The notes under the pieces: model-generated | Seen by the model: the letters and a program-made list of their open reading frames with translations, nothing else | What the model was told of the DNA's origin: nothing | Databases searched by the model: none | In this document: positions 51,101 to 62,960 of the stretch, piece after piece | How positions within the stretch are numbered: position 1 is the first letter of the stretch | Layout of the letters: the number at the start of each line of letters is the position of its first letter | Program-made: the position numbers and the translations under genes | Assembly (NCBI RefSeq): GCF_036971445.1 | Contig: NC_091481.1 | Span: 83,328,001 to 83,392,000 of the forward strand | From: Narcine bancroftii | Taxonomy: Eukaryota | DNA: 64,000 bases | Direction: 5' to 3'

Positions 51101-52582
51101 TCAACGGTAGAACCATCAATGGTCACGGAGCATGCCACACCCCACCCGCACCGAGCCTTCCTAAGGTCGACAACCATCTCTTTAGTTTTTTTGACGTTCA
51201 TGAACAGGTTGTTGGCTCTGCACCAGTCCGTTAGCAACTGCACCTCATCTCTGTACACTGAATCCTCATTCCTACTGATCAGGCCCACCATGGTCGTGTC
51301 ATGAGCGAGCTTGATGATGTGGTTCAAGCTGTGTTTAGCTACACAATCGTGGGTTGGCAGAGCGAACAGCAGTGGATTCAGCACACAGACCTGGCGGTGG
51401 GGAGATGGGGGCCCCGTGTTCAGTCTGATGGTCATGATGGTGCTGTTACTGAGCCAGACTGCCTGAGGTCTCCCCAACATGAAGCCAAGAATCCAATTGC
51501 AGAGGGAGGTGTTTAGACTCAACTGTGGTCCGATCGTGTTGAATGCTGAGCTGAAGTCAATAAACAGCATTTGAACATACAAGTCCTTGTTTTCCAGGTT
51601 TCCTTATTTCCCGCATGAGTCCCAGCTATTCCTGCCTGTTTGAGGACAATCCATGCTGCAACCTACATTGGCAAGACCCCTTAACTCTTCCTCTGGTATA
51701 TCGACGACTATGTTGGGGCTGCATCGTTCACCCACGATGAGCTTGTTAACTTCATCCACTTTGGGGTCAATTTCCACCCTGATCTCAAACTCACCTGGTC
51801 CATCTCGGACCACACTCCCCCTTTCCTGGATCTCTCTGTCTTCATCTTGGGAGCCAAGCTTTATTACAAACCCACTAACTCCCACTTCCTCACATCCTGT
51901 CCCCTGCAAGGATTCCATCCCCTTTTCTCAATTTCTCTGTCTCCACTGCATACGCTCCCAAGATGAGGTCGCCTAACCCAGATCTTCTGAAATGTCTGCC
52001 TTCTTCCACAAACACCCTCACCTGCATTTCCTCCATTTCCTGCCCCTCCTGCCACAAACATAGAATTCCCTCATCCTCACCTACCACCCCACCAGCCTCC
52101 GCATCAGACAAATTATACTCCCGACCCACCCAGCCGTCCCTCCTCCCCGATCGCTGCTGTCTCCTCCCTCCCTTCTCCACCTATTATCTGCTTTTGCCAC
52201 CACCCCCACTTGCCCTGCCCCTTCTTCTCCCCCTCCCCCATCCTTTTGTTGGGATCCCGAAATGTTGGTTATGTATTTTTGCCTTTGCTACGTAAAGGAC
52301 ACTATTTCCCTTGGTGAGATTCTCCAGCAGTTTGTTTTAACTTCAATCACGGTGTGTACAGATTTTCGTGTTTTACTATAGATGACGGTCGACATAAATT
52401 CAGTGGGCAGAAAGGCCGGCTGTTGTGGTGTACGACTCCTTGAGTCTAATGCTCAATTTGCCAATATTTGAAGCAGATAATCTTATTCCAACCCTGTATC
52501 TCATATTCCTCATTAACCGTTTCTGTTCTCCTTTGCCAGTTTACGTTTAATTGGCACTTTCCAGTTACACAAGAGGGAGATG

Positions 52583-52679
52583 ATTTGCATGTTGCAATCT
52601 GTTCTATTTTTAAATAAAGATAACTATTTGGAAGGTGTTGCAACCTCTAGACCTCCCCAGAGATTCGCAGCGTATAAAT
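52583..52679 (+). promoter_or_regulatory. Putative promoter of GPCR copy 3: octamer plus TATA box
   Basis: ATTTGCAT at 52583-52590 and TATAAAT at 52673-52679. Confidence 0.55.
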
Positions 52680-52762
52680 GAAATGTTCGGGGTCGGCATC
52701 AGCTCAGAGCTCCATTCAGAGAGATTGCCCGCAGCACGAAGATACGTCTTCTCACGCAGAAC

Positions 52763-55067
52763 ATGCATCTCCCAGTTCAAGTTGCCGCGAAGATATGGTA
52801 CACCATCATTGCCATTATTGGTGTTCCTGGTAAGTGCATTTCACTGCGTCTGTGTGGGTGAGTCCAATGGCCAGCTCTCTCCCAGTTGCTTCACCACTGC
52901 TGTGTCTGTTCTCAGGAATACGTTTTCCACTCCAGCCCCTCTGAACTATGTCCATCTCCTTCTGGATACAAGGCTTAGCCCTTCCTTCACCTCTCTCCCT
53001 CCATGCTGGTCAATAAAATCAGGCCTGGATGAACCATGAAGCAAAATGAGTAGGTGCCGAGGGCACCAAGGGAAGAGGGACTCCACAGATGTTTTTTTCC
53101 CAGTCCCCGATTTACCAGGGAGCAGCTGAACGAGGACCCCAAAATTTATATTGGTTTCTATTGCCCTAGTTATAAGTTAATATTTCCTTATATTGCTTAC
53201 TGCTATTTAGTGTAAAATAAAAATTTTAAACTGATTATATTTAATATAGTTGTGGAAGTAAACTAAAGTTTTAATCTATTATTTCACATTCAGTACTTAT
53301 TGAGTCTTAATATCCTGTCAGTCTGACCCTGGAAGGGTCGAGAGGTAGTCGTTGTTGGGCTGTGTTTAGGACCTCAATTGGCCTTAATCCTGCCCTGAAG
53401 AAAACCCTTCCCTGCACCTCCTCCATTACCCCACTTCTGCTCCCACCCAATCTCTTCTTCTGATGCAACAGGGATAGTGAGTCTTCTTGAGAGAGATCTC
53501 GCTGTTAAGTGGTCAAGGTGATAGATAGGCATTGAAGAAAGCCTCCATGCGTGGCTTCATTAACTGTGGGATGGAACACAAGAGGAGGAGAATGATTGTT
53601 CCAGCAATTGAAGATGTTTATGGGGTCTCACCTGGATTATCGTGTGTAATATGCGTTGCCACACTGCAGAACAGGATGGGATTGGTGTGGAGAGGTTGCA
53701 GAGGAGATTCACCAGCATGATACATACACACAGGGGAGAGAAGACATTGGATAATGGAGCAAATATAAACAACTGGATGGTGGAAGTTGGAGGGTCGATA
53801 GTGGAAGGAAAACAATTGTCAACATTTCTGGTCAGATCCCTTCATCCAGACTTGATGAAGTAACAGTGAATATCAGTTCAATTTCGGGTTCCAACCCAAA
53901 TTATTAACTATTCTATTTCTCCAACTGATGCCCCTCGACCTGCTGAGCTCCTCCAGTAGAATTTGTTGTTGCGTTTTTTTTAAACATGAGGATATTGTTG
54001 CCTATATTGGATCAGTTTAGTTTTAAAGAGAGATTACATGGCCAATATACAATCGAGCATAAAGTTTGTAAGCTGGTTGGGGCTTTTGGCAAGATTTTAT
54101 CTTGTGTAATGAGGCAGGACGACTTGCACATTCTGACCCATTTTATCCTCTCTCTTGCTTTGCAGTGAATTTCGTGGCGATTGTGATCCTGTCCCGGGGT
54201 AAGTGCGGGCTCTCCCCTTGCACCACCCTGTACCTGGTGGCCATGGCAGTGGCGGACCTCTTGACCATCGTCACCCAGGTCATACTACGGCGCATCAATA
54301 TTTATTATTTCCCCTGGAACTTCCTGCGCATCACGCCCGTCTGCAGTGTGCTGTTTGTCCTCAGGCATGCGGCCAGGGGCTGTTCTGTCTGGTTCACTGT
54401 TACTTTCACCTTTGATCGATACGTGGCCATTTGTTGCCAGAAGTTAAAAAATAAATACTGCACCAGGAAAACCGCGGTGGTGGTTCTGACGATAACTGGC
54501 ACTCTGGTCTGTTTAAAAAATATTCCCAAATACTTTATTCTGAAACCTTGGGTAATCATCGACGGTATTCCTTGGCTGTGTATATTTAAGCCGGAATATT
54601 TCTCTCAGCCGGAATGGGTGGGATTTGACTGGTTTGACGCTGTTTCAACCCCATTGCTGCCTTTCGGATTAATCTTGTTGTTTAATGTTCTGACCGTCAA
54701 ACACATTCTGGTTGCCAGTCGGGTACGCAAGGGGCTAAGAGGTCAAAGCAAGGGAGAGAAAGGCAGTGACCCCGAGATGGAGAACCGCAGGAAGTCTATT
54801 ATTTTACTCTTCACGCTATCGGGCAGCTTCGTCCTCCTGTGGCTGTCGTACATTATAGATTCCTTCTTTTATTCCATCGCTGGCATCGCAACCAGGGAAT
54901 ACAACAGTTCTCAATACAACTTTCGTTATGTGGGAGTCATGCTTCTACATTTAAGTTGCTGCACTAACACATTTATCTATGCTGTGACTCAGTCCAAGTT
55001 CAGGGAACAGCTCAAGAACTTGGCAAAGTGTCCTGTACCTTCAATTATCCAACGAATTTATCAATAA
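52763..55067 (+). CDS. GPR139-like class A GPCR, copy 3 (exons 52763-52829 and 54166-55067; 322 aa)
   Basis: Same two-exon structure, intact. About 17 differences from copy 1, mostly in ECL2 and ECL3. Confidence 0.93.
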
Positions 55068-55559
55068 AACTGAATTCGACAATTTATATGTGGACATATA
55101 GCGCAGTAACAGGCCCTTTCAGCCCACGAGCCCATGCCCGAATTATCCAGGACCCCGCACATTGTAATAGGTGGGAGGGAACTGCAGCACCCAGCGGGGA
55201 CCCACTCAGGCACAGGAAGAATGAGCAAACTCCCTACATCAGAATACCGGATTTGAACCCCGGTCTCTAACAGCATGGCCTGAACCAGTAGGCCAATCGG
55301 GCCGCTCTCAGTTACAAATGGTGGTAACAATGAGCAAACAATGGATCCACTCGGTGGGGGGGGGGGGGAGTTGGGGGTGGCGGGGAAGGGGTGGTTTGCA
55401 AAGCCCATCTGAGATTTGCAGCTTCTCCTGTATCTTGCTAATTTCCCTGTTAAACCTGGACACAAACTCAAAGGACTCACTTGTCCCGTAGAGAAGAACG
55501 TTTGTGAGCAGGAGATTCTGCACCTCCCGGTTCAAGAAGAGACTGATTTTTTTTTTCTT

Positions 55560-56810
55560 CTCGAAAGTACCTGCCTGTAGGCGCACATGAGGCTTCCTTA
55601 CAAAATGAGAGCCCATGGAATTACAGGGAAGACAACAGCATGGGTGGAGCTTTGGCTGATCAGAGGGAATCAGAGCGGGATCCTATTCTGGTTGGCTTCC
55701 GGCTACCAGTAGTGACCCGCAGGGGTCAGTGTTGGGGCCACTTCACTTTTCGATGAACATTAATGGTCTGATTTGCAGAATAATGGATTTGAGGCTACGT
55801 TTAGCAGATGACACAGAGATTTGTGGAGGGGGAGGTAGGAAGGAGGAAAAGGAGGAGCTGCAGGGAGCCTGAGGTAGATTGGGAGAATGAGTACAGAAGA
55901 GGCAAATGAAATAGAACATTGGAAAGGCTATGGTCGTGCACTTTGCTAGAAGGAATAAAAGGGCAGACTATTATTTGGATGGGGGAGAAAATTCAAAATT
56001 CAGAGATGCAAAGGGACTTGGAAATCCTCATGCAGGTCATCCTATAGGTTAACCTCCAGGTTGGGTCGGTGGTGAAGAAGGCGAATGCAATGTTGGCGAT
56101 CATGTCTGGAGGAATCGGATCCAAGAGCAGGGATGTGATGTTGAGGCTTTATAAGGCACTGGTGAGGCTTCACTTGGAGGATGGGGTACAGTTTGGATCT
56201 TTATTTAAAAAAGGACATGCTGCCATTGGAAAGGGTTCAGGGAAGATTTACAAGAAATATTCCTGGAATGAAGGAATTAGCATGTGACGAACATTTTCAG
56301 AACCATTGGGTGGGGGTGGGGGGGATTGGGGTGTGTTATAGAAGAATTTTGAATGTGGAAACAGTGTAGATGTGGCAAAGTTGCTTCTCATAGTCAAGGA
56401 GTCAAGGAAAAGAGGGCACAACTACAGGATTGAAGGGCGCCAATTTAAAACAAAACTGTGCAGGAGTTTCTTTAGCCAGAGAGTGTGAACGCCTGGAATT
56501 CTCTCCCACGGTAAATCACAGAGGTCAGGTCATTGGGTGATTTAAGGCGGAGATTGATAGGTATCTTTTTTTTTAAATTTTTTATTTTTCACACCATAAA
56601 CCACATTAATCATGATACATACTGTTTCCTTTTCAAATATATACAGTGCCATTTTCTCCCCCCCACTCCCTCCTCCCATAGATTGATAGGTATCTAAAGG
56701 TGATTGGGAGAAGGCAGTGAATGGGGCTGAGTGGTAGAATGGATCAGCTCATGATGGAATGGTAGCATGGACTTGATGGGCAGAATGGTCTACTTCTGCT
56801 CCTGTATCTT
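55560..56810 (+). mobile_element. CR1 LINE RT and 3' portion, homologous to the CR1 in units 1 and 2
   Basis: Shares diagnostic degraded sequence (GGATTTGAGGCTACGTTTAGCAGATG) with the copies near 41840 and 50075. Confidence 0.82.
56567..56679 (-). mobile_element. 113-bp 5'-truncated L1 3' end with 16-bp TSD
   Basis: Resembles the 3' tail of the L1 at ~35180-35300. Flanked by AGATTGATAGGTATCT at 56551-56566 and 56680-56695. Confidence 0.88.
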
Positions 56811-58268
56811 ATCATTTTATTTCACAAAATTGGTTTTTTGAGGGAGGATTACCGGGGAAAATATTGCTATAAATTACATTTTAAAAATAAATTTTGTAGA
56901 GGCAGAGAAAGTCAGGTTGTTTATTGTCCATTCAGAGATCTGATGGCAGAGGGGAAGAAGCTATTTCTGTGCTGCTGGGAGTTCGCCTTCAAGCTCCGGT
57001 ACCTCCTTCCCGATGGTAGCTAAAAGAGACGTGACCTTGGTCATGAGTTTCCTTGAGGACAGAGGCTGCTTTCTTAAGACACCACCTCTTGTAGATGTCC
57101 TCGATGGAGTGAAGATTCATGTCCATGACGACACTGGCCAAGTTCTCAACTCTCTGTCCTTTACATTGGCACCTCCGTACCAGAGAGCAACAAAACCAGA
57201 CAACGTGCTCTCCACGGTACACCTGTAGGAATTTCCTTTTCTCATTACAATGGAATGTGCATCTAGTATTTCACCAGACAACTCCTTCCATATTGAGTGC
57301 AACACCTCCAGATGCTGTGATTGTAGTTACACAAAAGGGCTGGAGGAACTCAGCAGGTCCTGCAGCAAATATACTGTATATAACCAGCGTTTCCAGTCTG
57401 CTCCCTTCGAGCAGAAAGCAGGCAGATCCCTGAATAAAGAAGAGGGAGGAGGTGTGAAGAAGGGGCAGGAGAACTGGCCAACAGGCAAGAGGCCAGAGTT
57501 GGATAGGGACGGGGAGGGCAGGAGACAATTGATAAGGGGTGGGGTCGATCTGTGAATACAGAGCAGGAGGAATGGAGACAGAGGGATAGAGAGAGACAGG
57601 GATGGCTCCATGAACTGACCATCCCCTAAGTATGGGTTGAGGTCGGGAGAATGTGCAATGCGCAGGCAGTCACCTGAATAAAAAGGCAGGAGTGTGAGGG
57701 AAGAAGGGGCAAGGAGAGGAGCCAATGAGGCCATAGGTGGACATCGACAGGGAGCAGGAGAGAGATGCTGAGAATTTATTGGGACAAAGGTAAATGCAGA
57801 GCTGGAGTACAGAGGATAAGGAAAGAGAGAGAGAGACAGGCTCGTTCCATTTGCTCATCACCTTCTGGGCATAGGTTAAGGTGAAGAGGCAGGAGGATTA
57901 GACGGTGATCTGAGGTAAATTGTTTTCACCCAGATGGGGGCTGCAGTCTGGAATGTACTGACCGAGAAGGAGGGAGCAAGTGCTCTCACAACATTGACAC
58001 AATGTCTGGGCCAACAGTTGGATTGCCACGGCATAGAGGGCTGTGGATGAAGTGCTGGGATGGGTATAGATGGGTACATGATGGTCAACATGAATTCCAT
58101 GGGTGGAAGGGCCTGTTTTTGTGCTGTACGACTCCATGAGTCTAATGTTGAATTTGCCAAAACTAGAAGCAGATAATCTTATTCTCATATTCCAGCATTA
58201 ACCGTTTCTGTTCTCCTCTGCCAGTTTACATTTAATTGGCACTTTCTAATTTACACAAGAGGGAGATG

Positions 58269-58365
58269 ATTTGCATGTTGCAATCTGTTCTATTTTGAAA
58301 TAAAGATAACTATTTGGAAAGTGTTGCAACCTCAAGAGGTCCCCAGAGAATCGCAGCGAATAAAT
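58269..58365 (+). promoter_or_regulatory. Putative promoter of GPCR copy 4: octamer plus AATAAAT
   Basis: ATTTGCAT at 58269-58276 and AATAAAT at 58359. Same type as copy 1. Confidence 0.5.
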
Positions 58366-58448
58366 GAAATGTTCGGGGTCGGCATCAGCTCAGAGCTCCA
58401 TTCAGAGAGATTGGCTGCAGCACGAAGATACGTCTTCACACGAAGAAC

Positions 58449-60749
58449 ATGCATCGCCCAGTTCAAGTTGCCGCGAAGATATGGTACACCATCATTGCCA
58501 TTATTGGTGTTCCTGGTAAGTACCTTTCGCCTTTACATTTCACTGAGTCTGTGAGGGGGAGTCCAATGGCTTCACCTCTGCTCTGTCTGTCCTCAGGAAT
58601 ACATTTTCCACTCCAGCTCCTCTGAACTATGTCCACCTCCTTCTGACAACACGCTGTCGCCCTTCCTTCACCCCCCTCCCTTCATGCTGGTCAATAAAAT
58701 CATGCCGGGATTAACCATAAAGCAAAATGAGCATGTGCTGAGGGCACTAAGGGAAGAGGTGTCAGAAATTTTTTTCCAATACCAGATTTACCAGGCTGTA
58801 GCTGAATGAGGGCTCCAGCAAAACCCTACTACCCCACAATAAATGAAAAAATACATAGACAAGTCGAAGTTATGTGATGGTCTGTGTCGTGATACAGCTA
58901 TTGAGGTTATATTTAATATCGTTGTGGGGTCTGACCTCAAAGAAAACTGAATTTCTTTAATCTATTATTTCACATTCAGCGCTTATTGAGTCTTAACATC
59001 TTGTCAGTAAAAGGAAGGGTCGAGGAGGAACCACTGTTGAGCTCTGTTTAGGCCTCAATCAGGCCCTGTATAAATCTCTTACCTTCATCTCCTCCATTAC
59101 CCCATTTCTGCTCCCACCCAATCAGGGATAGAGGGTCTACTTGAAGAGATCTCGCCATTAAGGTGGCCAAGGTGATAGATAGGTGTTGAAGAAGGCCTCC
59201 ACGCATGGCTTCATTAACCGTGGGATGGAACTCAAGAGTAGGGGTATCATTGTTCCAGTGATTGAAGATGTTTATGGGGCCTCACCTGGATTATCGTGTG
59301 TATTACACGTTACCACACTGCAGAACAGGATGGGGTTGGTGTGGAGAGGGTGCAGAAGAGATTCACCAGGATGATACTGACACACAGGGGAGAGAAGACG
59401 CTGGATACTGGAGCAAATATAAACAACTGGATGGTGGAAGTTGGAGGGTCGATGGTGGAAGGAAAACAATTATCAACATTTCTGGTCAGATCCCTTCATC
59501 CAGTCTTGATGAAGTGACAGTGAATATCAGTTCGATTACAGGTTCCACCCCAAATGATTAACCTTTCTTTTCTCCTACTGATGCCCCTCGAACTGCTGAG
59601 CTCCTCAAGTAGAATTTGTTCTTGCTATTTTTTTACACCAGGATATTGTTGCCTCTTTACGATTATTTCTGTTTTAAGGACAGATTACATGAGCTGGGTT
59701 TGTATCCAATAAACAATCGAGCATAAAGTTTGTAAGCATGTTGGGGTTTTAGGTAAGATTTTATCTTGTGTAACAAAATTTGGTTCCTTGCTGAGGCAGG
59801 ATGACCTGTACATTCTGACCCATTTTACCCTCTCTCTTGCTTTGCAGTGAATTTCGTGGCGATTGTGATCCTGTCCCGGGATAAGTGTGGGCTCTCCCCT
59901 TGCACCACCCTGTACCTGGTGGCCATGGCGGTGGCGGACCTCTTGACCATTGTCAACCACGTCATACTATGGCGGGTCAATATTTATTATTTCCCCTGGA
60001 ACTTCCTGCGCATCACGCCCGTCTGCAGTGTACTGTTTGTCCTCATGAATGCGGCCAGGGGCTGTTCTGTCTGGTTCACTGTTACTTTCACCTTTGATCG
60101 ATACGTGGCCATTTGCTGCCAGAAGTTAAAAAATAAATTCTGCACCAGGAAAACCGCGGTGGTGGTTCTGACGATAACTGGCACACTGGTCTGTTTTAAA
60201 AATATTCCCAAGTACTTCACACAGGAACCTTGGGTGATAATCGATGGTATTCCTTGGCTGTGTGTCTTTAAGCCAGAATATTTCTCTCAGCCAGAATGGG
60301 TGGGATTTGACTGGTTCGACGCTGTTTCAACCCCATTGCTGCCTTTTGGATTAATCTTGTTGTTTAATGTTCTGACGGTCAAACACATTCTGGTTGCCAG
60401 TCGGGTACGCAAGGGGCTAAGAGGTCAAAGCAGGGGAGAGAAAGCCAGTGACCCCGAGATGGAGAACCGCAGGAAGTCTATCATTTTACTCTTCACGCTA
60501 TCGGGCAGCTTCGTCCTCCTGTGGCTGTCGTACATTGTAGATTCCTTCTTTTATTCCATCGCTGGCACCACTATCGACAAATACAATATTTATCAGTACA
60601 ACTTTCGTTACGTGGGAGCCATGCTTCTACATTTAAGTTGCTGCACTAACACATTTATCTATGCTGTGACTCAGTCCAAGTTCAGGGAACAGCTCAAGAA
60701 CTTGACAAAGTGTCCCGTACCTTCAATTATCCAACGAATTTATCAATAA
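58449..60749 (+). CDS. GPR139-like class A GPCR, copy 4 (exons 58449-58515 and 59848-60749; 322 aa)
   Basis: Same structure, intact. About 15 differences from copy 1, including the TM2 top and TM3. Confidence 0.93.
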
Positions 60750-60899
60750 AACTGAACTCGACAATTGATGTGCACAGATGTACTGGGTCAGAACAAATAT
60801 TGGACTCAGTGGAAGGGTTTCCAAAGCTGATCTGAGGTTTACGAGCCTACCTGTATCTTGATGTGAATGCCGGACTCTATATGTTAATGTCATGAACAT

Positions 60900-62960
60900 A
60901 GTCATCCAGATTAGGTGGTAGAGAGGGGAGCTGGGACAGTGGAATGCTCCGATTGCAGGATGTGGGAACTCTGGGACAGAAAAAGTTTCCCTGATGAATA
61001 TTGCTGGAGGAGGTGCATCCAGCTCAGGTTCTCACGGATCGTGTTGGGGAATTGCAGCTAGAGCTGGGTCACCTCTGGATCATTAGGGAGGCAGGGCTGG
61101 TGGGGGGGGTGGGCATGGGTGATGATAGACATAAGCTGTAAGGAGACAGTCACAGTGAAGTGGCAAGAGACGGTTATCTGTGTGACTGTTTGGAGATGGA
61201 AGGGCAGTTGGCGGTCTGTGCGGAGCACCCCTGTGGCCATCACCCTCAGCAACAAATATGGATACTCCTGGGGGCGGATGACCTATCTGGGCAAGCCGAC
61301 AGCCAGACCGATAGCACTGTGGGCCTCAGAGGGGAAGGTTGAGGAAAGGGAGAATGATAGTCGTAGGTGACGTGATTGTTAGGGGAACAGATAGGAGATT
61401 CTGAGGACATAAAATAGACTCCAGGGCAATGTATTTTTTCCCAGTTGCTTGGGTTTTCCGAACAGTTTCAGAATATTCTTAACAGACAGGGTGGGCAATC
61501 AGACAAAGTCTCACCAGGGCCTCATAAAGCCTCAACATCACATCCCCGCTCTTGGATCCGATTCCTCTAGACATGAACACTAACATTGTTTTCGCCTTCT
61601 TCACCATTGAATCCACCTGAAGGTTAAACTTTCGGGTATCCTGCATGAGGTCTCCCAAGTCCCTTTGCACCACCGAATTTTGAATTGATAGTACATACTG
61701 GTACCATTCACATAGGCACGAGTGGGGTAAGGGCCTGAAAAAGTAGGTTTAGTGTGTTAGGAGACAGTTCAAAAAGCAGGACCTCCCGGTGCCAATACAT
61801 AGGGAAGGTTAAAACAGGAAGATAGCGCAGACTAATGATGGCTGATGAGATGGGGCAGGGGGCAGGGTTTCAAATTCTTGAGTCATTGAAGCCTTTTCTG
61901 GGGAAGAGGTGATGTGTTAAAGTGTGATGGGTTATACATGAACTGGAAGAGAAATAATATCCTGGCAGGAAGGTCAGCTAATGCTATTGCGGAGGGGGAG
62001 TTGGGGGGGGTGTTAACCTAAATTGGCAGGGGGCTGGGAACCAAGGTAACGAGATGGTTGGTGCACAGGTAGGGACAGCTGGTAGGGAGTTTGTACAGAA
62101 GACATGCTGATGGGGCAAAATTGCAGCCATGGGGATGAATGGCAAAACAACGAGGAATCGGAGTTAGTGAAAAAGTGCCAAATACAGGGCTTAAGGTTTT
62201 TCCTTTAAATTTATGAAGCATAAAGAAATAAAGTGGTTGACCTTCTAGTTCAACTACAGATTGCAAGGTACGAAACTGTGGCCATTCACGGAGTCATGGC
62301 AAAGGATGGATGTCATTGGGAGCTGAATGTCCGAGTTTACACAGCGCGTCGAAAGGAGAGGCAGGTAAGTAGAGGGAGGTCTGTTGGTAAGAAATGGCAT
62401 TAAATCATTAGGAAGAGGTGACATAAGGTCATGAGATAGAAAATTATTGTGGGTTGAGTTACAAATAGGCAGTGGTAAAAGGACACTGTTGGCAGTAACA
62501 TACAGACCTCCAAACATTAGCCGGGACATGGACAAGAAATTATAACGGCTAATGCAAAAAGGCGTGTCAGAAGGCCAATGGGGGTCTTTAACATGCAAGG
62601 AGATTGGGGAAACTAGGTTGGGACTAGATCTAAAGAGAGAATTTGTAGAATGCCCACAAAGTGGCTTCTTAGAACTGATCGTGGCTGAGCCAACCAGGGA
62701 AGTGGCAATTCTGGATTGAGTATTGGGTAAGGAACCAGAGTTGATAAGAGAGATGTAGGTAACCGAACTCTTAGTAGGTGTCAATCGTAACATGATCGAG
62801 TTCAACCTTGCAGTCAGAGGTACCAGTATGCCAGTGGAACAAGGGGGATCAACAGAGATATGAGAGAGGAAAGTTTATTGGGAAGGGACATAGGCAGGGA
62901 GGGTGGCAGAGAAGCTATGGCTAGAGTTTCTGCAAGAAATAGGAAAGTGCAGGACAAGTC
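60900..62960 (+). mobile_element. Degraded CR1 5' half (ORF1 and endonuclease) with an inverted RT insert at ~61510-61685
   Basis: Homologous to 40190-41500 but more diverged and less deleted. Confidence 0.75.

Noticed and set aside
54102-54165. Single-exon 321-aa version of copy 3 starting MCNEAG
   Set aside because: The start is a non-ATG codon in intron sequence. TM1 is only complete with exon 1, and the acceptor matches the other copies.
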